A stretch of DNA of 64,000 bases from an uncultured Alphaproteobacteria bacterium (GCA_963777425.1 CAVZQS010000011.1:702874-766873); one strand, 5' to 3'. Positions 9,946 to 20,743 are shown, counted from the stretch's first letter. Numbers and translations are program-made. Notes: generated by a model not told the origin, from the letters alone.

Positions 9946-10746
9946 TCAACTCGCCAGCAGACGCTGTGCAGGCTTGCGGTGTGAGAGGTTTGGACCAAGA
10001 GCCTGACGTGCTCCCTCGAAGGCATTCCAGTCAGAGACGTCCGGCAGGGCGGGGATCGTTACCAGTTCACCCTGATTGAAGCCCGCCAAGGCGGCGTCCA
10101 CCATATCCTCGGCGGACATTACGATGGCTTCGGGAAGCTGGCTAACTGGCCGACCTGCAATCTCCCAGAATTCAGTGCTGGTTGCTCCGGGGAGAACGAC
10201 CTGTATGCGGACACCTTTGCTGGCCAGTTCGTGGTGCAGGGACTGGCTGAAGGCAAGAACGAAAGCCTTCGTGCCACCGTAGACACCGTTGAGGCGTTCG
10301 GGCGCAATGGCGACGATCGAAGCGATATTGATGATAGTTCCGGTACCACGCTCGACGAACTTGGGTGCCACGGCTTCGGTAAGCCGGGTAAGTGCCACGA
10401 CGTTCAGCGTGATCATCGCATCCATCTTGTCGGGGTCAGACTGAAGGAGCGGTGCTGTGGCGCCAACGCCAGCATTGTTGACGAGCATGGATATGCTGGC
10501 ATCTGTACGCAGGATTTCCGCAACGCGCGTAATCCCTTCATTGGCGCCCAGATCAGCGGGTACGACTTCCACAGTCCGCCCGGTCTCGGTAGTCAGGCGC
10601 GAGGCGAGGCGGTCGAGCCGATCGCGGTTGCGGGCGACGAGGATAAGATCATAGCCGCGACGTGCAAGCCGGTCGGCATAAATCGCGCCGATGCCCGACG
10701 ATGCGCCTGTGATGAGGGCGGTGCCCCCGGATGAAGTATTGGTCAT
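9946..10746 (-). CDS. SDR-family oxidoreductase
   Basis: TGASSGIG, NNAG, YGGTK. Confidence 0.95.
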   Translation of the reverse strand: MTNTSSGGTALITGASSGIGAIYADRLARRGYDLILVARNRDRLDRLASRLTTETGRTVEVVPADLGANEGITRVAEILRTDASISMLVNNAGVGATAPLLQSDPDKMDAMITLNVVALTRLTEAVAPKFVERGTGTIINIASIVAIAPERLNGVYGGTKAFVLAFSQSLHHELASKGVRIQVVLPGATSTEFWEIAGRPVSQLPEAIVMSAEDMVDAALAGFNQGELVTIPALPDVSDWNAFEGARQALGPNLSHRKPAQRLLAS

Positions 10747-10835
10747 TTTCCTGTTCCGTAAGTTGATATTGACTACTGGAACTTACAGGCATAAGTTCGC
10801 GGCATAAATGTCATATTTACCACCCTTTAGGACAT

Positions 10836-11795
10836 ATGGAATTCGCAATGCAGAACATTGGCATTATACTTTTTCCCGGGTTTCAGATCCTCGACCTTGC
10901 TGCGGCTACAGTGTTTGAGTTCGCTAACGTGACTGTTGGCGAAGCAGTTTATGAGGTCAGCCTGTTGTCGGAAGAGGGTGGTCCTATCGCCTGCTCCGCG
11001 GGATTTTCTGTTGGCACAGTTCCGTTCAATGATGCCCCCTTTGATACGGTGCTGGTCGTGGGCAATAATCATCCAGGGCCGGTATCTCAGGGGCTTATCG
11101 CCTTCCTGCGCGAGGTCGCGCTGCGATCGCGTCGTATCGGATCGATCTGCACAGGCGCTTTCATCCTGGCGGAGGCGGGGTTGCTGGATGGTCGGCGGGC
11201 CACCACGCACTGGTTCCACGCCCGCAATTTCCAGCGCACCTATCCAAACGTGAAGGTCGAAGGAGACCGTATCTTCATCATAGACGGGCCGGTATGGACC
11301 TCTGCGGGCATGACATCCTGTATCGATATGGCTCTGGCGCTGGTAGAGAAGGACTTGGGCGCCGAGGTGGCGAAAGCGGTTGCCAAGAAGCTTGTCGTGT
11401 ACCACCGCCGCGCGGGCGGACAATCGCAATATTCTGCACTATTGGAGCTCAATCCGAAGTCGGATCGTATCCAGACCACGCTGGCCTACGCCAAGGAGAA
11501 CCTGCACAAGGAACTGTCGGTGGAGCAATTGGCGGAAGTCGCGCATCTCAGCCCGCGGCAATTCAGCCGGGCGTTCCATTCGGAGACCGGGCAATCACCA
11601 GCCAAGGCTGTCGAAAATCTGCGCGTCGAAGCCGCACGTCTGATGATCGAGTCCGGCCGGATGCCCATCGATTCCATCGCTCGGGATGTCGGTTTCGGTG
11701 ATCGTGAGCGGATGCGCCGCGCGTTCCTGCGCGCGTTCGGGCAGCCGCCCCGGTTCATGCAAAGGCTCGCGCAGTCCGAGACGATGGCGGGATAA
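10836..11795 (+). CDS. GlxA-family (DJ-1/PfpI + AraC) transcriptional regulator, divergent from the SDR
   Basis: SICTGAF, ATTHW, RAGGQSQYS, AraC HTH SPRQFSRAF. Confidence 0.93.
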   Translation: MEFAMQNIGIILFPGFQILDLAAATVFEFANVTVGEAVYEVSLLSEEGGPIACSAGFSVGTVPFNDAPFDTVLVVGNNHPGPVSQGLIAFLREVALRSRRIGSICTGAFILAEAGLLDGRRATTHWFHARNFQRTYPNVKVEGDRIFIIDGPVWTSAGMTSCIDMALALVEKDLGAEVAKAVAKKLVVYHRRAGGQSQYSALLELNPKSDRIQTTLAYAKENLHKELSVEQLAEVAHLSPRQFSRAFHSETGQSPAKAVENLRVEAARLMIESGRMPIDSIARDVGFGDRERMRRAFLRAFGQPPRFMQRLAQSETMAG

Positions 11796-11799
11796 AAGA

Positions 11800-12561
11800 T
11801 CAGACCACCGTTTCGCCACCATCGACCACAAGCGCTTGGCCGGTGATATAGGACGAGCGATCCGACACCAGAAACAGGATGGATTCGGCGATTTCATCGA
11901 CGCTGGCCCAACGGCCAAGAGGGACTTGCTGGCGGACATAGGCTTCAATCGCCGCGCGGCCGCCCATCTGGCCGATGAAGGGTTCGTTAAAGGGCGTATC
12001 GACCCAACCAGGGCAAAGGGCGTTCACACGAATGCCAAATTTTGCGTAATCACCCGCCATCTGCCGCGTCATCGCAATCACGGCATGCTTGGTCGTGGTG
12101 TAGGCGATCATCTCGCGGTCGTAGAGGACCCCGGATGACGATGAGGTGTTGAGAATAACGCCGCGACCCGCAGCTTTCATCACCGGCATGACGAGCCGGG
12201 CAGCGATGAAATGGGCCCGGACGTTCAGGCTCCAGGACTTGTCGAATCCGTCCACGGGAACCTGTTCAAGGTCGCCCGCAACTTGCGCGCCAGCATGGTT
12301 GTGAAGAATGTCGACACGTCGATGCCGGGCAACGACTGAGGCAATCCCGGCCGCGAGTGCCTGATCGTCGGTAACATCGACGATCAGCGTTTCTGCTTGG
12401 CCGCCCGCTTTTGCAATGATTTCGACAGTGGTGCCTGCGCCCTCGGCATTTCGATCGGCGACAACCACATGGGCGCCTTCGCGCGCCAGAATTGCGGCAC
12501 CGGCCTGACCGATACCCGAACCCGCTCCGGTGACGATAGCAACGCGATCTCTGAGGATCAT
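11800..12561 (-). CDS. SDR-family oxidoreductase (last gene of the polyamine-type ABC operon)
   Basis: TGAGSGIG, YTTTK, RVNALCPG. Confidence 0.93.
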   Translation of the reverse strand: MILRDRVAIVTGAGSGIGQAGAAILAREGAHVVVADRNAEGAGTTVEIIAKAGGQAETLIVDVTDDQALAAGIASVVARHRRVDILHNHAGAQVAGDLEQVPVDGFDKSWSLNVRAHFIAARLVMPVMKAAGRGVILNTSSSSGVLYDREMIAYTTTKHAVIAMTRQMAGDYAKFGIRVNALCPGWVDTPFNEPFIGQMGGRAAIEAYVRQQVPLGRWASVDEIAESILFLVSDRSSYITGQALVVDGGETVV

Positions 12562-12575
12562 GGGTGTTTCCTGCA

Positions 12576-13388
12576 TCAGTTTGTTGTTTTTTTCTCACGC
12601 ATGAGTATGCGCGCAATCAGGATCATCATCAGCGAGGCGACGAGAACCAGTGTGGCGATGGCGTTGATTTCGGGTGTGACGCCCCGGCGGATGGATGCAA
12701 AAACATAGATCGGCAACGTTGTCTTTGAACCAGCAACGAAGAAGGCGATGATGAAATCATCGAACGAGAATGTGAAGGCGAGCAGGAAACCGGCCAGAAT
12801 TGACGGCAGTATCTGCGGAAGCACGACGAGGCGGAAAGTGGTCAGCGGCGTGGCATAGAGGTCACAGGAGGCCTCGACGATATCGCGGCCAAGGCTGGCG
12901 ATGCGAGCCTTGACGATCATCGTCACCAACGCCATCGAAAACAGGCCGTGTGCTGCAACGATCGACCCGTAACCCAAGCCAAGCTGCGGTGGATTTCCGC
13001 CGGGCCATATGGATGCGAGGACCGGGTTCAGGAAGGAGAACACCTCGACAAGTGCGACGAGCGTGGCGATGCCGATGACGACGCCGGGTACCACGATGGC
13101 GGCTGCAAGCAAACCATCGAGTATAGCGCGCGCGCCGGGACGCAGGCGTTCCATGCCAAGCGCGGCCATGGTGCCGAAAATGGCAGCAAGCGCCGCGCTG
13201 GTTAGGGCGATGATCAGGCTGTTCTGCAAAGCTGCGACAAGGAACGTGTTGTCAAGCGCCCTGCCGTACCACATGGTCGAAAACCCGGTGAACTCGCTCG
13301 CACTACGTCCCTCATTAAACGAAAACAGCACGACAAGTGCGATGGGCGCATAGAGGAACAGGTAGACAGCTGAGATAAAGGCGCGCAT
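12576..13388 (-). CDS. ABC permease, PotC-like
   Basis: FLYAPI, EASCDLYA (EAA loop), FTFSFDDF, TLPIYVF. Confidence 0.92.
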   Translation of the reverse strand: MRAFISAVYLFLYAPIALVVLFSFNEGRSASEFTGFSTMWYGRALDNTFLVAALQNSLIIALTSAALAAIFGTMAALGMERLRPGARAILDGLLAAAIVVPGVVIGIATLVALVEVFSFLNPVLASIWPGGNPPQLGLGYGSIVAAHGLFSMALVTMIVKARIASLGRDIVEASCDLYATPLTTFRLVVLPQILPSILAGFLLAFTFSFDDFIIAFFVAGSKTTLPIYVFASIRRGVTPEINAIATLVLVASLMMILIARILMREKKTTN

Positions 13389-14254
13389 CAGACGAGGTCC
13401 ACTTGCTTGGTTCCGGCGATCCTCCACGCGATGCGCATGGCGATCAACAGCACCAGCACCACAACAACCACGAGCGTAACAGCAATCGCCGAACCAAACG
13501 GCCAGTTGCGTGATTGCAGGAAGAGGTCGACCAGTGCATTGCCGATGAAGAACACCTTGCCGCCACCCAGCAATTGGGGGATCAGATACTCACCAAGCAA
13601 AAGAATGGTGACAAGCGCCAGACCGGTCATGACGCCGGGCAGTGAAAGCGGCAGTGTCACGCTAAAAAAGGTCGAGACCGGTTTTGCGCCGAGATCGGCA
13701 GATGCTTCGAGGAGACGGCGATCGAGTTTTTCGAGGCTGACATAGATCGGCATGATCATCAGCGGCAGATATCCATACACAATGCCGAGAAGCACAGCGC
13801 CAGGTGTATTGAGGATGCGGATATCCTCAATACCGATCATTCCTAGAAGATTGGGAATGCCACGTGATCCAAGCAGATACATCCACGCGTAGGTCCGGAC
13901 CAGAAGGCTCGTCCAGAACGGTACGACGACCAGGGAGACAAGGACCAGGCGGTAGCGAGGGCTAGCCTTCACAGCGAGATAGTAGGCCACTGGATAGGCG
14001 ATGATCAGGCAGAGAAAGGAGCCGACAGGTGCGAGGATGAGGGTGTTCCAGTAGGCGGCAGCGCGAGACGGCAGGTTGGCGAATTGGGCGAACGTGAAGG
14101 CCGGCTGATAGCCGCCTTCGGGGGCGCGCTCGCCAACCGAAAAGACCAGCATGGCAATGAACGGCAGTACAAGGAAAATGAACAGCCATGCCAAAGCCGG
14201 CGCGACAAGCGCCGCCGTGACAATCCCGCGTTTTGTATTAATTGCCAATGCCAT
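13388..14254 (-). CDS. ABC permease, PotB-like
   Basis: PFWTSLLVRTYAW, LLEASADLGA, NWPFGSA. Confidence 0.93.
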   Translation of the reverse strand: MALAINTKRGIVTAALVAPALAWLFIFLVLPFIAMLVFSVGERAPEGGYQPAFTFAQFANLPSRAAAYWNTLILAPVGSFLCLIIAYPVAYYLAVKASPRYRLVLVSLVVVPFWTSLLVRTYAWMYLLGSRGIPNLLGMIGIEDIRILNTPGAVLLGIVYGYLPLMIMPIYVSLEKLDRRLLEASADLGAKPVSTFFSVTLPLSLPGVMTGLALVTILLLGEYLIPQLLGGGKVFFIGNALVDLFLQSRNWPFGSAIAVTLVVVVVLVLLIAMRIAWRIAGTKQVDLV

Positions 14255-14279
14255 TGATCGCCTCTTCGGTCAGCTGGGT

Positions 14280-14316
14280 CCTGCCTTCCCCTTCGGCAAG
14301 CAAAAGGGAAGGCAGG
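14280..14316 (-). other. Intercistronic stem-loop after the SBP gene (mRNA stabiliser or partial terminator)
   Basis: cctgccttccc ... gggaaggcagg, 11-bp perfect inverted repeat. Confidence 0.7.
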
Positions 14317-14326
14317 GAATGTTGTG

Positions 14327-15487
14327 TCAGGCTGACTTGAAACGTGCCATGACTTCGGCGCGCGCCGGATCCGTCAGCGTGACCGCAGCACCGAATTCGA
14401 GCGGCGTCAGTTCGGAATCCGGTGGATAGACGATGGTGTTGGATGTTACTTCCTTTGGCAGGAGCGAAAGCACGCGGCTATCCGTTGTCGGCGCGCCATT
14501 GGCGATGTGCTCCTTCACGGCATTCGCCGGATCCATCAGATAATTCAGCAGGGCATATCCGGCTGGCTTGTTTGCCGCGCTTTTCGGGATGGCATAAAAG
14601 TCGGACCAGATCTCGCCGCCGTCCTTGCCAAGCACGAACTTGATCTCCGGGATGTCACGGTTAAGCTGCGCGCCATCATTGGTCCAGCACATGGTCATCC
14701 AGGCATCGCCGGCACGCATGGCGGGCTGGTAGTCGCTGTTGATGGCGTATAGGTGCGGCTTGACCTTCACGAGGAGTTCTTCGGCTTTGGCAAGCTCTTC
14801 GGGCTTGATCGAATTGAAGGAGTATCCGAGCGAGACGAGGGCGTTGCCGATCGTGGTTAGCTGATAGTCATGCACCATGACGCGCGTGTCGCCTTCTCCC
14901 TGGGCAATCTCGAAGAAATCCTTCCAGCTGGTGACTGGAGACTTGATCTTTGTCGAGTTGACGGCGATGCCTGTCGTACCCCAATTCTTGGGTACCGCGT
15001 AGGTCGTACCATCGATGACGCCTTCGGCGGTAAACCGGACAGTTTCCGTTGCCGCGCTGTAATTCGGCAGTTTTGCCATGTCGAGCGCGTCGATCAGCCC
15101 AAGCTTGGCATAGGTCGAGATCGTGTAATTCGTCGGAACGAACAGGTCCCAGCCCGTCCCACCGGCTTGCAGCTTTGCCAGCATTTCCTCGTTTGAGCCG
15201 AAGACATTGACCTCGACCGCGACGCCAGTTGCTGCCGTGAAGGCTTCAAACGTCGCAGGATCATGATAGTTCGGCCATGTCGCGATCGACATTTGTTTGC
15301 CGAGGTCCTCTGCGAAGGCGGGCGTCGAGAGCAGTCCGCTCTCGCTTGCGAACACAGCCGTCGCCAGGCCAAGGCCAGTGACACCGAGGAAATGACGGCG
15401 CGTGACCGAGCCGCGCTTAAGTCGCATCAGTTCATCCATGAACTGTTCGCCGGAAATGGGGGCATTCTCTTTGTATGACTTGGACAT
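14327..15487 (-). CDS. PotD/PotF-family substrate-binding protein with Tat signal
   Basis: TRRHFLG twin-arginine motif; SNEEMLAKL, WGTTGIAVN. Confidence 0.92.
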   Translation of the reverse strand: MSKSYKENAPISGEQFMDELMRLKRGSVTRRHFLGVTGLGLATAVFASESGLLSTPAFAEDLGKQMSIATWPNYHDPATFEAFTAATGVAVEVNVFGSNEEMLAKLQAGGTGWDLFVPTNYTISTYAKLGLIDALDMAKLPNYSAATETVRFTAEGVIDGTTYAVPKNWGTTGIAVNSTKIKSPVTSWKDFFEIAQGEGDTRVMVHDYQLTTIGNALVSLGYSFNSIKPEELAKAEELLVKVKPHLYAINSDYQPAMRAGDAWMTMCWTNDGAQLNRDIPEIKFVLGKDGGEIWSDFYAIPKSAANKPAGYALLNYLMDPANAVKEHIANGAPTTDSRVLSLLPKEVTSNTIVYPPDSELTPLEFGAAVTLTDPARAEVMARFKSA

Positions 15488-15512
15488 GAAGATGTTCCCT
15501 TTGTTTTTGTGT

Positions 15513-16670
15513 TCAGGCCGGAAAGATATGCACAGCGCCGGGGTCGAAATTCAGCACGACCCTTTCGCTCGGTTCGACAAGTTCACCGTCGGAAAGGTCA
15601 CGTCTGTCGGCGGTAACCAGGAAATCGCCGAGCCCATCGACAGCGACGGAATATTCGGCGGATGATCCGAGGAAGATACGGTGCGTGACGACACCCGAAA
15701 GTTTGCCGGTAGCCGTGCCATTCTGCCGGTGCAAGGTGATTGCTTCTGGGCGCAGTGCAAGCGTGGCTGAGCCGGATCGGAGGTCACCTATGCCGGGTAT
15801 GAGCAGTTTGCTGCCGTCGGCGAGGCGTACTGTCGACCCGTCTCCCTCGACTATTGCTGCGATGCGATTGGTCTTACCGACAAAATCGGCCACGAAAAGA
15901 TCGGATGGATGATCATAGACTTCCCGTGGCGCCGCCAGCTGAACAATCCGGCCCGCATTCATCACACAGACGAGGTCGCTCATCGACAAGGCCTCCTCCT
16001 GATCGTGCGTTACCAGCACGAAAGTGATGCCAAGCTCTCGCTGCAAGGTCTGCAATTCGATCTGCATGGCGGTTCGCAATTTCTTGTCGAGCGCGGCGAG
16101 CGGCTCGTCGAGAAGCAGGACGGAAGGCTTATTGACGAGAGCACGCGCCAGGGCAACGCGCTGTTGCTGACCGCCGGACATCTCGTGGATACGCCGCTTA
16201 CCGAACCCGCCCAGGCGGACCATCTCCAGCGCTTCGTTGGCGCGGCGGGATATTTCCCTGGCATTGATTCTCGGGCGCGCCTGCCTCAGGCCGTAGGAGA
16301 CGTTCTGTTCGACGTCGAAATGAGGAAAAAGTGCGTACTGCTGAAAAACCATGTTCACGGGCCGGCGATAGGCGGGAACACCATTCATCGGTTGGCCATT
16401 GATCAAGACGTCACCGGACGTGGGCTGTTCAAAGCCGCCAATCATCCTGAGGCAGGTGGTTTTGCCGCACCCGGAGGGACCAAGCAACGCGACGAAGGCT
16501 CCCTTGGGTACCTGAAGATTAATGTCGGATACCGCGGTCACGGCGCCATAGGATTTGCTGACCGACCGGAATTCGATGTCGTTCGTGGAGGCGGATTTCA
16601 CGTTTGGTCCCCTGCGGCTTGAGTTAGAAGGGGCAGTCTTCGCTGCCTTGTTGCCACCGTCATTGATCAC
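15513..16670 (-). CDS. ABC ATPase, PotA-like
   Basis: [25 protein letters not shown]-like C-terminus. Confidence 0.95.
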   Translation of the reverse strand: MINDGGNKAAKTAPSNSSRRGPNVKSASTNDIEFRSVSKSYGAVTAVSDINLQVPKGAFVALLGPSGCGKTTCLRMIGGFEQPTSGDVLINGQPMNGVPAYRRPVNMVFQQYALFPHFDVEQNVSYGLRQARPRINAREISRRANEALEMVRLGGFGKRRIHEMSGGQQQRVALARALVNKPSVLLLDEPLAALDKKLRTAMQIELQTLQRELGITFVLVTHDQEEALSMSDLVCVMNAGRIVQLAAPREVYDHPSDLFVADFVGKTNRIAAIVEGDGSTVRLADGSKLLIPGIGDLRSGSATLALRPEAITLHRQNGTATGKLSGVVTHRIFLGSSAEYSVAVDGLGDFLVTADRRDLSDGELVEPSERVVLNFDPGAVHIFPA

Positions 16671-16699
16671 AAACTAGTCAACAAGCCATATCGCGGTAT

Positions 16700-16717
16700 A
16701 TACCCCGAAAGAGGTAT
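16700..16717. promoter_or_regulatory. Candidate LuxR-family operator between potA-like gene and luxR
   Basis: Imperfect palindrome ATACC-CCGAAAGA-GGTAT in the divergent intergenic region. Confidence 0.45.
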
Positions 16718-16784
16718 TTTAACCGGATCTCATCAATGTAAGGTGTATGCTCCGGTGTAGGAAGGAATTGGACTGGGAGGGGCG

Positions 16785-17591
16785 ATGAGCGTTGATGTTG
16801 AGGCGCTGTTTGATGCGTTCCGCCAGTTTATTGGCCGATCATCGATGGCGCCGCAGGAATTCGGTGAATTATTCCATCAATCGATGCGGGCGATGGTCAA
16901 ATTCGACTACGTCGTCGTGTTTGCCTATCGCGGCAATGAGCGGCCGATCGATCTCTACAGCACATTTAACGCAGACGAGCACGTGATCTTCGTCAGCATG
17001 TATCAGGCCGGCCCTTATTTGCTCGATCCCTTCTACCATACGGCGCGGGCGCCCAGGCCCGGTGTCTGGCGCATGCGCGAACTGGCACCCGACCGGTTCT
17101 TTTCGAGCGAATATTACCGGACTTATTATGTTCAGACCGGCCTTGCGGAGGAGGTCGGCTTTTTTGTACCTGTCGAGAGCGGTATTACGATCGTGTTGTC
17201 GCTGATGCGGCGAGGAGAAACGGGGTATTTCCCGGCGCAGGAGTTTGCACTGCTCCGCAAAGCCGATCCGCTGGTCGCGACGCTGGTCCGGCAATATTGC
17301 TCCGATTTGGGCCATCTGTTCGATGCGGCGGTCACAAAGCAGGGCAGAGGACGGCGCAAGGCCCAGCTGAATGCTGCCGACACGGTGTGGCGCGACCTCA
17401 ATCTTACGGATCGCGAGGCAGCGATCATCGAACTTGTTTTGCAGGGACATTCATCCGAGTCGATTGGACTAAGGCTCAATATCACCACCGGGACAGTGAA
17501 AGTTCATCGACGCAACGTCTATCGTAAGCTTGGCATTTCCTCGCAGACCCAACTCCTGTCGATCTACCTCAAGAAACTCAACGAGCACTAA
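16785..17591 (+). CDS. LuxR-type HTH regulator with N-terminal ligand-binding domain (no receiver)
   Basis: YLLDPFY motif; C-terminal LTDREAAI...GTVKVHRRNVYRKLGISSQ. Confidence 0.9.
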   Translation: MSVDVEALFDAFRQFIGRSSMAPQEFGELFHQSMRAMVKFDYVVVFAYRGNERPIDLYSTFNADEHVIFVSMYQAGPYLLDPFYHTARAPRPGVWRMRELAPDRFFSSEYYRTYYVQTGLAEEVGFFVPVESGITIVLSLMRRGETGYFPAQEFALLRKADPLVATLVRQYCSDLGHLFDAAVTKQGRGRRKAQLNAADTVWRDLNLTDREAAIIELVLQGHSSESIGLRLNITTGTVKVHRRNVYRKLGISSQTQLLSIYLKKLNEH

Positions 17592-17594
17592 ACT

Positions 17595-18857
17595 TCAATC
17601 CTGTCGGAGTGCAATCAGCGTCGATTCGAGCAGGACCTGGGCGCCCAGCACCGAATGTTCAGGTTCGACATACTCAGCCTCATTGTGGCTGAGGCCGTCC
17701 CGGCACGGCACGAAAATCATTGCAGCGTCCGTGACGCGTGCCAAAAAAAGTGCATCGTGAAAAGCGCCCGACAACATTGGTTTATGGGCGATACCGAGAC
17801 GCGTCACCGCCTGTTCCACGGCATCCAGCAGGTTCGGTGAGAACTGCGCCGGGGGCATGTCGAACGTGCGGCGGACGGTGGCTTGGCAACCTAGTCCCAA
17901 TGCCTTCTCTTCGCAGATTACCCGCACCTGACTTTCCAGCCTGTCCAGTTCCAGAACACTCGGATGGCGAAGATCGACACTGAATGCGACTTTGCCGGGA
18001 ATGGCGTTGATCGACGCGGGCTCGACCGAGATGCGCCCGACCGTCAGGCGCGCCTGTTCGTCATTGGGCATGATTGAACCATAAAGGGATTGGAGCGCCT
18101 CGGTCGCCGCAACTAGGGGATCGCGGCGGAATGCCAATTGTGTCGTTCCCGCATGGGCCGTTTGCCCGGTAATGACAACCTCGAGCCAGCGGGTTCCCTG
18201 AATGCCATGAACGATGCCGATCGGAATATTCTCTCGCTCGAGCGCAGGCCCCTGTTCGATATGCAATTCGAGATAACCCGCAACCGGTGTGCCAAGCGGA
18301 CGCTGACGTGCACCAGGCAGCGCGGCAAGAGTGGCGGCGAGTTCATGCTTCAGCAGCGAGCCATCGGCAGATTGCGTCCCATTCCATTGTTCCGGAATTG
18401 CACCAGAAGCGAAGGCCATTGACCCCATGGCGCCAGGGGCAAAGCGACTGCCTTCCTCGTTGGTCCATGCGACGACTTCCACTGCAATTGGCGTGCGAAT
18501 ATTGGCGTCGTCCAGAGACTCAAGCACCTCGAAGGCGGCAAGCGTGCCGAGAGCGCCGTCGAAACGGCCACCCATTGGCTGGCTGTCGAGATGGCTGCCG
18601 ATGAGGAACGGCGGTTTGTCGGCCGAACGTCCGCCCCTGCGAATGAACAGATTGGCCATGGGGTCCTGGAACACGGTGAAGCCGCGATCAGCCGCCAACC
18701 CGGCTAGTTCTGCCCGGGCAAATCTGTCCTCTTCGGAAAGAGCCTGCCGGTTGACACCACCGGCCGGGGTGCCGCCGATTGCGGCGAACCGCTCCAGTCT
18801 GCCAAGCAGGCGGTCGCCATTGATCTTGATGCCCGCGTTCATGGATTTGCTGGTCAA
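17595..18857 (-). CDS. M20-family Zn amidohydrolase (N-carbamoyl-amino acid/allantoate amidohydrolase-like)
   Basis: GSHLDS, GRFDGALG, NEEGSRF, ELHIEQG, HAGTT, SGAFHDA. Confidence 0.93.
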   Translation of the reverse strand: MTSKSMNAGIKINGDRLLGRLERFAAIGGTPAGGVNRQALSEEDRFARAELAGLAADRGFTVFQDPMANLFIRRGGRSADKPPFLIGSHLDSQPMGGRFDGALGTLAAFEVLESLDDANIRTPIAVEVVAWTNEEGSRFAPGAMGSMAFASGAIPEQWNGTQSADGSLLKHELAATLAALPGARQRPLGTPVAGYLELHIEQGPALERENIPIGIVHGIQGTRWLEVVITGQTAHAGTTQLAFRRDPLVAATEALQSLYGSIMPNDEQARLTVGRISVEPASINAIPGKVAFSVDLRHPSVLELDRLESQVRVICEEKALGLGCQATVRRTFDMPPAQFSPNLLDAVEQAVTRLGIAHKPMLSGAFHDALFLARVTDAAMIFVPCRDGLSHNEAEYVEPEHSVLGAQVLLESTLIALRQD

Positions 18858-19624
18858 GCTTTGGCGACCGCCCAGGCTAGCATCTGTTCGAACAGCGTCT
18901 TATAGCCTTTCCACGCGATGAAGTCCGAGGGCAGCCAGTGCGGCCCGACATCGGAGGTCCAGGCGAGCGTCCGACCCTTGCCATAGGTGCCGGTGACGAG
19001 GAGCGGCTGCGACCCATAATCGGTGGAGACTGTGGCGAGGACTTCTGCACCATCCTTGACGGAGACTTCATTATAGCCGAGCAGGACGGGCCAGTCCTTG
19101 CCGAGGCCCTGCAGGATCGGATGGCTGGCGTTGCCGGTTACCGCAGGGGTAAAGCCCTCTGGAACCTCGATACGGTCATCGACGGAAAGGCAGGAGACAG
19201 GCAGCACTTCCTCAACCGGTGTTTTGTGATAGCGCGCACCGCCATTGATGCCCTGGAAGCTGTAGTAGCCGCCGAACATCAGGAGTGCGCCGCCATTGCG
19301 GACATAGTCGCGAAGCAGGCGCAGGCGATTCGGCGTTGTCTTCGAATGGATCCAGGTGTCCGGATGCAGCAACAGCGTGTTGGCGCCGATATCGGAGAGG
19401 ATGATTGCTTCGTATTCCGACAGGGCTTCCATGGTCTGCGGGAAATCGCGCTGCGCCTCATGTGCCGGCATGAACTTCACGTCGAAATCGCTGTCTTTCA
19501 GCGCCTTCAGCAGTTCGTCTGCGCCGGTATGGTAGGTGACTGTCGGGAACTGGTCGAAGCCCTTGATATGGGTGGCGGTGGACACCCACGACTCGCCCGC
19601 GAGTAGAACCTTGTGTTTGGACAT
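18854..19624 (-). CDS. Class I glutamine amidotransferase-like protein (DUF1355/STM3548-like)
   Basis: LLAGESW, IILSDIGANTLLL, MFGGYYSFQG, WTSDVGPHW. Confidence 0.85.
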   Translation of the reverse strand: MSKHKVLLAGESWVSTATHIKGFDQFPTVTYHTGADELLKALKDSDFDVKFMPAHEAQRDFPQTMEALSEYEAIILSDIGANTLLLHPDTWIHSKTTPNRLRLLRDYVRNGGALLMFGGYYSFQGINGGARYHKTPVEEVLPVSCLSVDDRIEVPEGFTPAVTGNASHPILQGLGKDWPVLLGYNEVSVKDGAEVLATVSTDYGSQPLLVTGTYGKGRTLAWTSDVGPHWLPSDFIAWKGYKTLFEQMLAWAVAKA

Positions 19625-19651
19625 GAAAACTCCTTGCGCATTGTGGGGCGA

Positions 19652-20741
19652 TCAGGCCGCCGCAGAAAATACAGATCTTGGATTGTCGGTGAGCATGCGA
19701 TCGATGATGTCTGCATCGACACCGTGCCGCTTCAGGCGGGGCACGAAATGCTTGAGTATGTAGCCATAGCCAAAGCCGCCAAAACGGGTCAGCATCATCT
19801 TCAGGAACACGTCCTGCGACAGCAGCACCCGGTCGCCAAAGCCCATATCGACAAGGGAGCGGATGGCGCGGGCATTCTGTTCGTCCGATGGCGACTGCGC
19901 GTCCTGGTCTGCATAGTAGTAGTCCATGCCGATCATGTCGTATTCGAGAAAGGCGCCGCGCCGGGCGAGGCCTGCCTGATAGTCAAGATCTTCATGGCTC
20001 GGGTTCATGTGGCAGAGGACGGTGTGTTTCAGATCAGCGCCTTCCTCCTCGACGATGTCGAGCACCTCATTGGCCAGCCGTTCCCAGCCCGGAAGGTGGA
20101 TCGACAAGCGGAACGCCGGTGATGCGTGAAGCACGTGCCGAAGCGCGCAGGGATTTGCGCTCCTCCGGCGTGAAATCCTTGCTGACGCCCACTTCGCCGA
20201 TAATGCCGGCCATGATCTCGGGTTGGGTCTCGCCGCCGCCGACATCATTGACGAGAAATTCGGTCACTGCATCGACATCCATATCCTTCAGCCATTCCGG
20301 ATGGGTGTGCTGCAGGTAGAAGCCGGAGCCCATGACGATCTTGAGGTTGGCCATGCGCGAGATGCGCCGCAGCTTCACCGGATCGCGGCCGATGCCGAAA
20401 TTGGTCGGATCGACGACGGTATGGCCGCCCAGCGCCTGGAAGCGCTTGAGTTCGCTGAGCGCCAGATCGGTGTCGTTGAGGGAGACGTTGTCCCGGTTGA
20501 TATAGGGGTTCATGCGCAGTTCGCCGATGATCTCGATCGAAACCGGCTGCTCGGCGATGGCAAGCTCGTCCGGGTGGCATGGGCATTTCCAGGAGCTCGC
20601 GCCATCGAGCAGTATGTGCTCGTGCATCAGAGTGACGCCCATCTCGCCGACCGGCAGCGGACCCTGAACGGTCATCACCTTCCCGGATTTGACACCGATG
20701 GCCGCCCTGCCGCGTGTCCTGGCTTCGAAGTCGAGACCCAT
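19652..20741 (-). CDS. Phosphotriesterase-related protein (PHP/PTER family); +1 frameshift near 20107
   Basis: MHEH, GIIGEVG, (T)GVPLSIHLP across the shift, CHMN, LLSQD metal ligands; joins ORFs 20067..20747 and 19652..20248. Confidence 0.9.
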
Positions 20742-20743
20742 GA

